This document shows, in pieces, positions 38,898 through 48,708 of a stretch of DNA of 64,000 nucleotides. Within the stretch, counting starts at the first letter, position 1, and the number at the start of each line of letters is the position of its first letter. The notes beneath the pieces are model-generated. The model was not told where the DNA came from, searched no databases, and was given only the letters and a program-made list of their open reading frames with translations. A program made the translations under genes and the position numbers. Source of the DNA: an uncultured Actinomycetes bacterium (GTDB lineage: Bacteria; Actinomycetota; Thermoleophilia; RBG-16-64-13); assembly GCA_963806155.1 (NCBI GenBank), contig CAWDXC010000009.1:198520-262519 (forward strand). The letters run 5' to 3'.

Positions 38898-40171
38898 TCC
38901 TCGAGGGACTGCTGCAACAACTCGACGACGTCATAGACCTTGAGACTGTCCCCGGAGGCCTCGACGGAATCCCTGAAGTTCCTGATGCACCACGGGCACG
39001 CGGTGACCAACGCTTCCGCCCCCGTATCCTTGGCCTCCGTGATCCTCTCCGCGGCCGTCCACTCGCTGAACTCGGGGTACGCGTCCAGCACACCGCCCCC
39101 GGCACCGCAGCACCAGGTGTACTCCTTGATCCTGGTCATCTCGACCAGCTTGACCCCTGGGATGCTCTTGAGCACGTTCCTCGGCGGCTCGTACACGCCG
39201 TAAGTGCCCTTTCGTATCTGCTTGTCGGGTATATGCCGCCACCGTTCGTCGGGCTTGGTGCTGATGACCCCTTCCCAATGCACCCACGGCTCCCCCAACC
39301 GGCCCAGGTGGCAGGGGTCGTGGTAGGTGACGGCCATGGGGACTTCTTTCCTGGGTGTGAGACGACCTTCCGCCATGAGCTTGTCCAGGTATTCGGTGAT
39401 GTGGAAGACCTGGATGTCCTTCTTTAGACCTAGCTTGTCGTAGAGGACCTTGAACGCGTGGTAACAGTCGGAGCAGCTGGTCACCACGGTGCCTGCCTTC
39501 GCGGCCCGGAGCATTTCCACGTTGTTCTCGGCGTACTTGGTGAGCTCACTGACATAACCGAGATCGTAGGCCCTGCCCCCACAGCAGTTCTCGTCCTTGC
39601 CCCCGATGGCGACGTCCACTCCGGCCTTTTGCAGGAGACCCACGGCCGCACGTGCAACGGGCCAGAGCTCGGTGTCGTAGCTATAGCGACACCCGGTGTG
39701 GAAATAGACTCCCGCCCCGTCCCTGGTGATGTTCTTCACATCGAGGCCTTCGGCCCAGTTGCCCCTGTCGGCTTTCCGCTCGAGGAGCATGTTGTCTTCT
39801 TTTCGTAGTCCGTCGATGATCGCCATATGCGCCGGATTGAGTTCGCCGTCGCCCACGCATTTGATCCGCATCTCATAGAGCGGCTGCAACACTTCTATAT
39901 CATTACCGTACTTACATGAAATATCGCATGCTCCACACATCTGGCATTGGTAAACGATTTCCAGCAGTTTCTCACTATAGTCGATACGTCCATCGTTCAA
40001 GGAGAGTGCGGTGATCAGCCTGCCACTCCCAGAATACGTGTGGAAGAGATACTTGGTTATGCTGGGGCAGCTGTAGGCGTATTTAGCATTGCTTATTACT
40101 GGTTGGGGTATGAATTTGCAGTTAGAGCACCGGGCACATCTGATCATGTACTCTCGTAAGTCTTGCAGCAT
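38894..40171 (-). CDS. (Fe-S)-binding protein with CCG domains (GlcF/HdrD-like paralog)
   Basis: ~60% identical to 23332..24588 product. Confidence 0.8.
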   Translation of the reverse strand: MLQDLREYMIRCARCSNCKFIPQPVISNAKYAYSCPSITKYLFHTYSGSGRLITALSLNDGRIDYSEKLLEIVYQCQMCGACDISCKYGNDIEVLQPLYEMRIKCVGDGELNPAHMAIIDGLRKEDNMLLERKADRGNWAEGLDVKNITRDGAGVYFHTGCRYSYDTELWPVARAAVGLLQKAGVDVAIGGKDENCCGGRAYDLGYVSELTKYAENNVEMLRAAKAGTVVTSCSDCYHAFKVLYDKLGLKKDIQVFHITEYLDKLMAEGRLTPRKEVPMAVTYHDPCHLGRLGEPWVHWEGVISTKPDERWRHIPDKQIRKGTYGVYEPPRNVLKSIPGVKLVEMTRIKEYTWCCGAGGGVLDAYPEFSEWTAAERITEAKDTGAEALVTACPWCIRNFRDSVEASGDSLKVYDVVELLQQSLED

Positions 40172-40235
40172 CTTCCTTCTCCCTGATCTTTCATTAGCCT
40201 TTCAACTCAGCTGCGTTCCTATCTGTCTGCCCCGG

Positions 40236-41195
40236 TCACCCCCAGCTTAGGCTTGCCAGGTCCCGCATGGCGATGCGGACGGTGCCCAGAGAGGCATCGC
40301 CTGAGATGACGGTGGAACCATCGATGCGCAGGCGGACCTCCGTCCCATCGGCGGCGACCAGATCGACCAGACACTCCTCGCCGGGCTCGCTGACGCTAAG
40401 GCGGGAGACGCGGGTCAACTCGACGTCGATCTGAGCCGGGCCGAGGGCTCCGGTGAGTTGGGTCTTGCCATTGCAGCGGACTACGCCGAGGTCGAACGGC
40501 GTGCCGTCGCGGCTGACCACCCGGGCTGGAGCATCCGGACCCGGCGAAGTGCCCTGCTCTGAAGAAGCCGCCGAAGCAAGCCAGCGCGTGACGGCATCGA
40601 CCATGAAGTTGACCACTTGCTCCGGTGGATAGCGGTCGTCGAGGCGGGAACGGAACCAGAGGTTCTCGGCGAGGCCGATGAAGCCATAGGCGGCAAGTTC
40701 GGCATCGACGTCACGAGCCCGCCCCGCCTGTATCGCAGCCTCCAGATCCCTCCGGAGAGGCTCGGTGAGGATCTCGTACGCTTCGCGGGCCTTGGTCTTG
40801 ACCTCCACGTCCGGGGACAGTTCGGCCGCGCGCAGCAGGTTGATGATCCCCGGCCACCAGTCGTAGAGGTGGACGGCCTCCACCCGCGGACCGACTCTCG
40901 TGAAGAAATCGCCTTCTCGTATCTTGGGAAGTGATTCGAATTCCCTGATCCGCTCGGTAACGTGGTCGAAACAGGTGAGCAGGAGCTCCTTCTTGTTGCG
41001 GAAGTAGAGATAGAAGGTGCCCTTCCCCATGTTCAGCGAATCAGTGATGTCGCCGACCCGCACGCGATCGTAGCCGACCTCGTTGAACATGATGACCGCC
41101 CGCTCGATGATGCGGTCTCGCTTGTCCTTGAGCTCGTCTCCCGCAGGGGCCGCGGCGACGGCGGAGAGGGCAGCATGCTTGCCTGAAGCCATCAT
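40236..41195 (-). CDS. TetR family regulator with ~120-aa C-terminal extra domain
   Basis: ORF 40236..41378; start placed at ATG 41195 (MMASGK..) so that the downstream promoter lies in intergenic DNA; HTH RIIERAVIMFNEVGYDRVRVGDITDSLNMGKGTFYLYF. Confidence 0.65.
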   Translation of the reverse strand: MMASGKHAALSAVAAAPAGDELKDKRDRIIERAVIMFNEVGYDRVRVGDITDSLNMGKGTFYLYFRNKKELLLTCFDHVTERIREFESLPKIREGDFFTRVGPRVEAVHLYDWWPGIINLLRAAELSPDVEVKTKAREAYEILTEPLRRDLEAAIQAGRARDVDAELAAYGFIGLAENLWFRSRLDDRYPPEQVVNFMVDAVTRWLASAASSEQGTSPGPDAPARVVSRDGTPFDLGVVRCNGKTQLTGALGPAQIDVELTRVSRLSVSEPGEECLVDLVAADGTEVRLRIDGSTVISGDASLGTVRIAMRDLASLSWG

Positions 41196-41332
41196 AGACT
41201 GGTCTCTTCCTTGTGCCTCGCGTTCGTTCGCCCGCGGATGGGAAGTGACTCCCCAGTCACTGTCTGAGAGCATATCAGAATCGCGTTTTAGAGCCAAGCG
41301 TTCTGTTGGCCCTAACGCCGCGAGGGCAAAGC

Positions 41333-41361
41333 TTGACAGGCTCATAAGAAATCGGTAGTGT
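41333..41361 (+). promoter_or_regulatory. candidate promoter TTGACA, 17-nt spacer, -10 TAGTGT
   Basis: sigma70/sigmaA-like hexamers with ideal spacing, ~170 nt upstream of alpha2 ATG. Confidence 0.5.
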
Positions 41362-41366
41362 GGTTG

Positions 41367-41394
41367 TGACTGACCCACCAGTCATTCTGACTGA
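41367..41394. promoter_or_regulatory. TGACTG-n6-CAGTCA inverted repeat plus extra TGACTGA copy, candidate operator at +1
   Basis: same TGACTGAC core as the etfBA palindrome at 46713..46732. Confidence 0.4.
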
Positions 41395-41530
41395 TGCGAC
41401 GGTCATCCAGCGAATCCCGGGGGGGCTTCACATCTTTGCAGAACTTCTATTCATCACGGGCTTGTCGATCTGACGGGCAAACAAGCCACCCCCTCACGGC
41501 CCAGCGACACGGACAGAGGAGAGGTACGCG

Positions 41531-44179
41531 ATGACAGCGGATGAATCCAAGAGGCAGGTTCGCATCTCCGACAAGACGGTCCTCAAGTGTCTCGCCCAGT
41601 GTTCCTTCGCCCAGCAAGGCGAGTTGGCGTCTGTTGACGTGAAGGACGGGAAGATCGTCCGCATCCGTCCCCATCGCCACACCGAGCGGTACACGGTAGA
41701 AGAGCTGGGGCAGTATGAGCTAAACAAGGACGGCGTGAAGTACAAGACGCCACTCAAGGGTCTTCTGGCTCCCTACCAGATCGCCTACAAGAAGCGGGTC
41801 TACTCCCCCAACCGGATACTCTATCCACTCAAAAGGGTGGACTGGGATCCCAAAGGGGAACGCAACCCGCAGAACCGGGGTAAGAGCAAGTACGTGCGGA
41901 TCAGTTGGGATGAGGCCACGACCATCATCGCCGACGAGATCAAACGCATCCACAAGGAATACGGACCCCTTGGCATTCTTGCCCACGGAGACGGACACGG
42001 GGAGACCAAGACGATCCACGGACCTCACGCTGTCCAGATGGATCTGCTGCGTCTGATGGGTGGCTACACTCAGGCCATCAGAAATGCCGACAGCTGGGAG
42101 GGCTGGTACTGGGGCGCCAAGCATGTCTGGGGCAACGGGGAGAACGGCCTCCTACTACCCGCCGACAACATCATGAACGATGTGACCCAGAACACGGACA
42201 TGATCATCCACATCGGCGCCGATCTCGAAACGACGCCGTGGGGCTTCGCCGGCCAATTCCCCAGCACGGTCATCTACTACTGGCAGAAGTTAGGTAAGAA
42301 GCAGGTGTTCGTCTCTCCCGATCTCAACTATTCCGGAGCCGTGCACGCGAGCAAGTGGATCCCCATCCTGCCCAACACCGATGCCGCGCTGCATCTGGCC
42401 ATCGCCTACGTGTGGATGACCGAAGGCACCTACGACAAGGATTACGTAGCTGACCATGTGGTCGGCTTCGACAAGTTCGAGGACTATGTGCTGGGAAGAG
42501 AAGACGGGGTAGCTAAGACCCCGGAGTGGGCTTCGGCTAAGACAGGCGTGCCCGAGTGGACCATCAAAGCTCTTGCCCGGGAGTGGGCGGCTCAGCCCAC
42601 CACGGTCATGCACTTCTACGGCGGCTCCTACATCCGCGGTCCTTACTCGCACGAGCCCGCCCGCCTGGAAGCGTGCCTGCTCGGCATGCAAGGGTTGGGC
42701 AAACCGGGCTGCCACCAGTACTTCAAGATGGGGGGCGATCACCACTGGATGTGCGATACGCCCCGCCCGGTGAGAACAATCGATGACGTGCGGTTTGGGG
42801 TCGCGGGGAACGTCTGGGCTGGTCAGGGGCAGGTCTATATTTCATCGAAGCAGATCATTCCCAAGACGCAGGTCAGCCAGGCCATCCTCAATCCACCCAC
42901 CAGCACGATGGGGAGCACCATCCTTATGGGGCCGCTTGAAGACCAGTTCAAACGCTACGACTACCCCATCCCCGCGGAAGAGGGCGGCACCGAGATCCAC
43001 ATGATCTGGATGGACAACCCCTGCCGCACCACCTGCTGGAACGACGGCTTCCTGACTGTGGAAGCCTTCCGGAGCCCCAAGATCGAGACTCTGGTTGTGC
43101 AACACCCCTGGCTGGAAAACGACACCATCCTGGCCGACATCATCCTGCCTATCAACACCAAGCTGGAAGAAGAAGACATCGCTCGGTTCGCTCAAAACGT
43201 GGCGGTTCACGGGTGCGCTATTGAAGACCAAGCCATAGAGCCTGTCGGGGAGTCTTTGAGCGATTATGAAGCTGTGGGTGAGGTGGCTAAGAAACTGGGT
43301 CTCTATGAGGAGTTCACCCGCGGGAAGACCGTCCGGGAAAAGATCAGACTGGGCTTCCAGGACATGGCCATCGACGATCTGATCAGCTGGGAGGAGTTCT
43401 CCGACAAGAGGTACTACATCGTCCCCACCGACCCCGAATGGGAGAAGGTTCCCGCTGGTCTGAGAGAGTTCTACGAGGATCCGGAAGCGCATCCCTTGGA
43501 GACCCCCAGCGGCAAGCTCGAGTTCTACTCACAGCGGCTGGCGGACAACTTCCCCGACGACACCGAAAGAGGGCCCCTTCCGAAGTGGGTCGAAAGCAGC
43601 GTCACCCACGATGAGAGGGTCTCCAGCCCCCGGGCGAAGAAGTATCCGCTCCTTCTCATGAGCAACCACGGAAGATGGAGGACCCACGCCCAGAACGACG
43701 ACATCACCTGGCAACGGGAGATCATGACCTGCAAGGTCAGGGGCTGGGACGGCTACATGTACGAACCCATCTGGATCAATCCCAAAGACGCCGAAGCCCG
43801 AGGTATCAAGGACGGGGACATCGTCAAGCTCTTCAACGAACGAGGCACGGTGCTCTGCGGGGCTCTGGTGTGGGAACGGATCATGCCGGGAGCGGTCTCG
43901 AGCGACCACGGCTCCCGGGCGGACCTGATCTGCACCGACGGCCCCGAGGGCTACCTCGATAGAGGCGGGGCCAACAACCTGATCTCGCCAATAAACGGAA
44001 CGTCCCAGAACTGCTGGGGCATGGCCACCAGCGGCTATCTGGTGGACGTACAGAAGGTGAGCATGGCCGAAATGGAGGAGTGGAAGAAGAAATATCCGGC
44101 GGCCTTTGCGAGGAAGTACGACCCGGCTTCCGGTCTCAGGTTCGAGGCGTGGGTGCTGGAGGAAGGAGAGGCCCGATGA
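41531..44179 (+). CDS. molybdopterin oxidoreductase large subunit, transhydroxylase-like (alpha2; ~85% identical to alpha1)
   Basis: 882 aa; GAGGAGAGG SD; same motifs as alpha1. Confidence 0.8.
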   Translation: MTADESKRQVRISDKTVLKCLAQCSFAQQGELASVDVKDGKIVRIRPHRHTERYTVEELGQYELNKDGVKYKTPLKGLLAPYQIAYKKRVYSPNRILYPLKRVDWDPKGERNPQNRGKSKYVRISWDEATTIIADEIKRIHKEYGPLGILAHGDGHGETKTIHGPHAVQMDLLRLMGGYTQAIRNADSWEGWYWGAKHVWGNGENGLLLPADNIMNDVTQNTDMIIHIGADLETTPWGFAGQFPSTVIYYWQKLGKKQVFVSPDLNYSGAVHASKWIPILPNTDAALHLAIAYVWMTEGTYDKDYVADHVVGFDKFEDYVLGREDGVAKTPEWASAKTGVPEWTIKALAREWAAQPTTVMHFYGGSYIRGPYSHEPARLEACLLGMQGLGKPGCHQYFKMGGDHHWMCDTPRPVRTIDDVRFGVAGNVWAGQGQVYISSKQIIPKTQVSQAILNPPTSTMGSTILMGPLEDQFKRYDYPIPAEEGGTEIHMIWMDNPCRTTCWNDGFLTVEAFRSPKIETLVVQHPWLENDTILADIILPINTKLEEEDIARFAQNVAVHGCAIEDQAIEPVGESLSDYEAVGEVAKKLGLYEEFTRGKTVREKIRLGFQDMAIDDLISWEEFSDKRYYIVPTDPEWEKVPAGLREFYEDPEAHPLETPSGKLEFYSQRLADNFPDDTERGPLPKWVESSVTHDERVSSPRAKKYPLLLMSNHGRWRTHAQNDDITWQREIMTCKVRGWDGYMYEPIWINPKDAEARGIKDGDIVKLFNERGTVLCGALVWERIMPGAVSSDHGSRADLICTDGPEGYLDRGGANNLISPINGTSQNCWGMATSGYLVDVQKVSMAEMEEWKKKYPAAFARKYDPASGLRFEAWVLEEGEAR

Positions 44180-45018
44180 GCAAGGTCTTCATCTTTGACA
44201 CATCCATCTGTAATGGGTGCTACTGCTGCCAGCTCGCCTGCAAGGACGAGCACTGCGGGAACGACTGGACTCCCTACGCCAAACCGCAGCCCGACACCGG
44301 TCAGTTCTGGCTCAAGCTTTCCGAGCATGTGCGGGGTACGGTCCCCAAGGTGAAGGTGCACTACCTGGCGGCTCTGTGTAACCACTGTGACCAGGCCGCC
44401 TGCCTGGCCGCCTGCCAGGTAGAAGGGACCCTCTACAAGAGGGACGACGGTCTGGTCATCATCGACCCCGAGAAATGCACGGGCTGCACCAATTGCGTGA
44501 GCGCCTGCCCCTACCACGTCATCTATATGAACGAGAACCTGAACATCGCCCAGAAGTGCACCGGATGTGCTCATCTCTTGGACAACGGCTGGACGGAGCC
44601 CCGGTGTGTAGACGCGTGCCCCACCGGAGCGCTACAGTTCATGGAGGAAGCGGAGGCTCAGGGGCCAGTCCAGAGCTCGGAGGTGCTCCACCCGGAATAC
44701 GAGCAGAAGCCCCGGGTCTACTACCTGAACATCCCCAAGAAGTTCATCGCGGGTACCGTCTACGATCCTGTGAAGAAAGAGGTGGTGATCGGAGCTAGTT
44801 GCACCCTCACGAGCAACGGCAGCACCTGGACCACCACCACCGACGGCTTCGGGGACTTCTGGTTCGAGGGGCTCGAGATTGGCAGCTATTCCCTGGAGAT
44901 CGCGGCCCTGGGATTCCCCGCCAAGACCTTCGAGGACATTAGTACTGCGATGGACGTGAACCTGGGAGACATAGCCGTGGCCAAAGACAGCAGCAGCCAA
45001 GCCGGAGGTCGCCAATGA
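44176..45018 (+). CDS. 4Fe-4S ferredoxin beta subunit with C-terminal beta-sandwich domain (beta2)
   Basis: ATGA overlap with alpha2; same Cys clusters as beta1. Confidence 0.8.
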   Translation: MSKVFIFDTSICNGCYCCQLACKDEHCGNDWTPYAKPQPDTGQFWLKLSEHVRGTVPKVKVHYLAALCNHCDQAACLAACQVEGTLYKRDDGLVIIDPEKCTGCTNCVSACPYHVIYMNENLNIAQKCTGCAHLLDNGWTEPRCVDACPTGALQFMEEAEAQGPVQSSEVLHPEYEQKPRVYYLNIPKKFIAGTVYDPVKKEVVIGASCTLTSNGSTWTTTTDGFGDFWFEGLEIGSYSLEIAALGFPAKTFEDISTAMDVNLGDIAVAKDSSSQAGGRQ

Positions 45019-45115
45019 GGTGAGTGCCAGAAGACGTGCGCCGGGATGGACCTGATCTAGAAGCAGGCGCTCGAACCAAGGTGTCCGCGGGACGAAAGGA
45101 AGGCAGGGGGGATAG

Positions 45116-46594
45116 ATGTCGACCGACTTGGAAGACAACAATGCAGGCATCAGTAGGAAGGCCGGCGTCAGCCGGCGCGAATTCTTGAAGATTGCCGGCG
45201 CCGCCGGCGCAACAGTAGGCTTGGGCGCAGGATTGGGCGGGCTGGTGGCCGCCTGTGGAGAGGAAGCCGAGACGACCACTACGGCCGGTGTTACCACCAC
45301 GGCCGGTGTAACCACCACAGCCGGTGTCACCACCACAGCCGCCCCTACCACAGTCAGTAGCGCCGCCGAAGTCGGGCGTGAGGTCAAACTCGGTTTCATC
45401 ACCCCGATTACCGGCGGCCTGGCTCCTTTCGGAGCGACCGACCAGTACTGCGTCAAGCGGGCGCAGGCGGTGATCGGTGACGGGCTGGTAAGTGGCGACG
45501 GTCTGAAACACCCCGTCACCATCAAGCTCCAGGATAGTCAGTCGGACCCGAACCGGGCGGCCCAGGTCGCAGGCGACCTCATCATGAACGACAAGATAGA
45601 CCTTATGCTCGTGGCCTCGACGCCCGATAACGTTGTCCCGGTGGCCGGGACGTGTGAGGCCATGGGGATGCCGTGCATCTCCTTCGACTGCCCCTGGCAG
45701 GGCTTCTTCGCCCCCCGGACCAACGGCGACTATTCAATTGTGTTCAACTGGACCTATCACGTCTTCTTCGGGGCGGAAGAGGGGACCGCCATCATGCTGG
45801 ACCTTCTGAGCCAGTTGCCGACCAACAAGATCGTGGCCATGATGTATCCCAACGACGCCGACGGCAACTCCCTTCACCCTATCCATGCTGCGGCGTTCGA
45901 GGCGGCGGGCTTTACCCTCGTTGATGCCAGCGGTTTCCCGGTCGGCCTGGAGGATTTCACGGAGCAGATCAGCATGTTCAAGAAGGCGGGCGCCGAACAA
46001 GGGCACGGCGTGATGCCTCCGGCGGACTTCACCAACTTCTGGAAACAGTCGATCCAGCAGGGCTGGACGCCGAAGATGTCCATGTGGGCCAAGTCGCTGC
46101 TCTTCCCGGAGTCCCTCGAAGCTCTGGGGCCCATCGGCAACAATCTCTGCTGCGACCAGTGGTGGGGACCGGACTGGCCCTTCACGTCTACCGTCCTTGG
46201 ACAGACTTGCCGACAATTCACAGACGACTTCGAGGCCGAAGCGAAGCGGCAGTGGACCCAGCCCTTGGCCCACATGATGCTCTTCGAGTGGGCCATCGAC
46301 TTGCTCCAGCGGACGGTCAACGTGGACGACACGAACGCTATCATGGCGGCGATCAAGACCACGAAGCTGGACACTATCGCCGGCCCGGTCGATTTCTCGG
46401 CTCCGGTCGAACCGGTCGGCCCACCGTGGGCCGTTGGTCCGAGGCACATCGTGGAGAACGTCTACAAGGTGGGCCTCTGCGCCGGCCAGTGGCGCATGGG
46501 CGGCAAGTACATGTTCGACCTGATCAGCGTCAGCAATGGCGGGCACCCCCTGATCCCGGTGCAGGACAAGGCGCTGCCGTATACCGAGGCCTGA
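45116..46594 (+). CDS. ABC transporter substrate-binding lipoprotein, PBP1 family, paralog 4
   Basis: lipobox LVAACG; 15-bp tandem repeats encode (TTTAGV)x3 linker; ~65% identical to paralog 3. Confidence 0.85.
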   Translation: MSTDLEDNNAGISRKAGVSRREFLKIAGAAGATVGLGAGLGGLVAACGEEAETTTTAGVTTTAGVTTTAGVTTTAAPTTVSSAAEVGREVKLGFITPITGGLAPFGATDQYCVKRAQAVIGDGLVSGDGLKHPVTIKLQDSQSDPNRAAQVAGDLIMNDKIDLMLVASTPDNVVPVAGTCEAMGMPCISFDCPWQGFFAPRTNGDYSIVFNWTYHVFFGAEEGTAIMLDLLSQLPTNKIVAMMYPNDADGNSLHPIHAAAFEAAGFTLVDASGFPVGLEDFTEQISMFKKAGAEQGHGVMPPADFTNFWKQSIQQGWTPKMSMWAKSLLFPESLEALGPIGNNLCCDQWWGPDWPFTSTVLGQTCRQFTDDFEAEAKRQWTQPLAHMMLFEWAIDLLQRTVNVDDTNAIMAAIKTTKLDTIAGPVDFSAPVEPVGPPWAVGPRHIVENVYKVGLCAGQWRMGGKYMFDLISVSNGGHPLIPVQDKALPYTEA

Positions 46595-46626
46595 ACAGCT
46601 GGCTCACTGCGCGGTTGAGTGGACGC

Positions 46627-46664
46627 GGCGGCGCCCGCGAGGGCGCCGCCGCTCCCCCTTTTTG
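46627..46664 (+). terminator. intrinsic terminator: GGCGGCGCCC-GCGA-GGGCGCCGCC hairpin plus CCCCCTTTTT
   Basis: perfect 10-bp GC stem, 4-nt loop, T-tract, 33 bp after SBP stop. Confidence 0.65.
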
Positions 46665-46678
46665 CCCCGCCGGCGGGC

Positions 46679-46707
46679 TTGACAAGCCTTGGGTAACTGG
46701 GTAGGGT
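46679..46707 (+). promoter_or_regulatory. candidate etfBA promoter TTGACA, 17-nt spacer, -10 TAGGGT
   Basis: ideal spacing; immediately followed by palindrome. Confidence 0.5.
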
Positions 46708-46712
46708 GGTGC

Positions 46713-46732
46713 ATGACTGACGAGTCAGTCAT
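46713..46732. promoter_or_regulatory. palindrome ATGACTGA-cgag-TCAGTCAT, candidate operator
   Basis: perfect 8-bp arms directly downstream of the -10. Confidence 0.45.
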
Positions 46733-46834
46733 AACCCGAGCCGGCATCTACTGGACAGGTGTTTGACCCCGATGACCAAGGGGACGGGTCGGTCTGCATG
46801 CCGCCCGTCTTTCCCTAGAAGGGACGCGAAGCCC

Positions 46835-47623
46835 ATGTTGACTATCGTGGTCTGTGCCAAGCAAGTGGTCGACCCCGAGGCGCCTCTCTCCTTGTTCGAG
46901 ATCGCAGCCGATGGGAAAAACCTGGTCCCCCCCCCGGGCACTCCGCCGGTCTCAAGCACGTTTGACGAAAACGCCCTGGAGGCGGCGCTGCGCGTCAAGG
47001 AAGCGGTCGGCGCCAAAGTCGTCGTCCTCAGTATGGGGAACAAGCTGGCGAAGGCGGTCCTTAAGAAGACATTAGCGGCAGGCGCGGATGAACTGATCCT
47101 TCTGGAGGACGAGCAGTTCGTCGACTTGGAGAGCAGGGGTACGGCTCTGGCTCTGGCTAAGGCCATCGAGAAGATAGGCGACGTGGACCTCATCCTCTGC
47201 GGCCGGCAGGCCGCGGACACCGATGCCGGCCAGGTGGGGACTGGCATCGCGGCCATTCTGGACATCCCTGCCATAACCCTGGCCCAGAAACTAGAGGTCA
47301 AAGACGGCACCGTCCGGGTGGAGCGTCTCGTCGCCGAGGGGTATGAGGTCGTCGAGGCTGCCCTGCCGGCGTTGGTCACGGCCAGTAACGAGGTCGGGGA
47401 GTTGCGCTTTCCCCCAGTGAAAGCAGTGATCGCCGCGCAGAAGATGGATGTCACGGTCTGGGATGCTCAGGCGCTCGGGGTCGATCTTGCTGGTTCCGCC
47501 CGGACCGATCTCGTGAAGTTCTATGTTCCTGATCGCAAAGTCGAGTGTCAATTGATCGAGGGAAGCAGTCCGGAGGAGATCGCGGAGGGCATAGCCGCGG
47601 TCCTGAAGACCCGTGTCGTCTGA
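46835..47623 (+). CDS. etfB: electron transfer flavoprotein beta subunit
   Basis: MLTIVVCAKQVVDPE N-terminus, ETF beta fold. Confidence 0.85.
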   Translation: MLTIVVCAKQVVDPEAPLSLFEIAADGKNLVPPPGTPPVSSTFDENALEAALRVKEAVGAKVVVLSMGNKLAKAVLKKTLAAGADELILLEDEQFVDLESRGTALALAKAIEKIGDVDLILCGRQAADTDAGQVGTGIAAILDIPAITLAQKLEVKDGTVRVERLVAEGYEVVEAALPALVTASNEVGELRFPPVKAVIAAQKMDVTVWDAQALGVDLAGSARTDLVKFYVPDRKVECQLIEGSSPEEIAEGIAAVLKTRVV

Positions 47624-47663
47624 CGACCGGCCCGCCGCAAAGTCTATCTAGGGGGCACCGAAA

Positions 47664-48662
47664 GTGAGTGAAAGCAAGGGTGTGCTGTTCCTGGCCGAAC
47701 GTAGGGGCCAGGGACTCTCCAGGATGAGCGCCGAGCTTGCCACCGTCGGCCTCGAGCTCGCGGGTCACATGGGCGAGGGCTTGTCTGCAGTGCTGGTGGG
47801 CACCGATCTGGGAGACGGTGCGCAAGAGTTGATCGACATGGGCGTGCAGAAGGTGTACGTGGTCGAGGATCCGTTGCTCTCTCGATACGGTCCGGAGCCC
47901 TATCTGGCGCTCATGACTCAGATCTGCGAGGACGTGAAACCCAGGGTGCTATTGATGGGCCACACTGAGATCGGCCGAGACCTGGCGCCCCGCCTGGCGT
48001 TCAAGCTGGACACCGGCCTCGCACCGAACTGTGTCGCCCTGCACTTCGAACAGGGATCCGGGAACCTCCAGGCGACCCGTCCGGTCTTCGGGGGGAAGGC
48101 TCACGGGCTCTTCACCCTGACGGGTGCTACGCCGCACATACTCACGGTGGGCCTTAAAGTCTTTGAGCCGGCTGCCGCCGAGGCCGGCCGGCAGGGTGAA
48201 GTGGTGACTTTCGCTCCTGCGATCGACCCCGGCGCCTTCAAGATGTCGGTCGTCGACCGGGTCGAGGACATCACCGAGGGGGTCCGACTCGAGGACGCGG
48301 CCGTCATCGTCGCGGGAGGGCGCGGTGTGGGCAGCACCGAGGGTTTTGCCCAACTCCGGGAACTGGCGGCCTTGTTGGGAGGATGCATAGGCGCATCCCG
48401 GGCGCCGGTCGACAACGGGTTGGTCCCCAGCAGTCTACAGGTGGGTCTGACCGGCACGGTGGTGAGCCCCAACGTTTATATCGCCATCGGCATCTCTGGT
48501 GCCGCGCAGCATATGGCCGGTTGCTCGGCGTCCAAGACCATCATCGCGGTCAATCGCGACCTAGAAGCCCCGATCTTCCAGAGGGCCCATTTCGGAGCCG
48601 TCGCCGATTGGAAGGACATCCTGCCGCCGCTGACCGAGAAGTGCCGGTCGATGCTGAGCTAG
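47664..48662 (+). CDS. etfA: electron transfer flavoprotein alpha subunit
   Basis: GTG start; C-terminal FAD-binding motif SGAAQHMAG...IAVNRD. Confidence 0.85.
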   Translation: MSESKGVLFLAERRGQGLSRMSAELATVGLELAGHMGEGLSAVLVGTDLGDGAQELIDMGVQKVYVVEDPLLSRYGPEPYLALMTQICEDVKPRVLLMGHTEIGRDLAPRLAFKLDTGLAPNCVALHFEQGSGNLQATRPVFGGKAHGLFTLTGATPHILTVGLKVFEPAAAEAGRQGEVVTFAPAIDPGAFKMSVVDRVEDITEGVRLEDAAVIVAGGRGVGSTEGFAQLRELAALLGGCIGASRAPVDNGLVPSSLQVGLTGTVVSPNVYIAIGISGAAQHMAGCSASKTIIAVNRDLEAPIFQRAHFGAVADWKDILPPLTEKCRSMLS

Positions 48663-48708
48663 AGGGAACAGGACTTCATCCCGGCCGCTTGGCCCAAGGA
48701 GAACGGAG

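Noticed and set aside
45283-45340. short tandem repeats considered as a CRISPR or repeat array
   Set aside because: In-frame coding repeats for a Thr-rich linker. No spacers, no cas genes.
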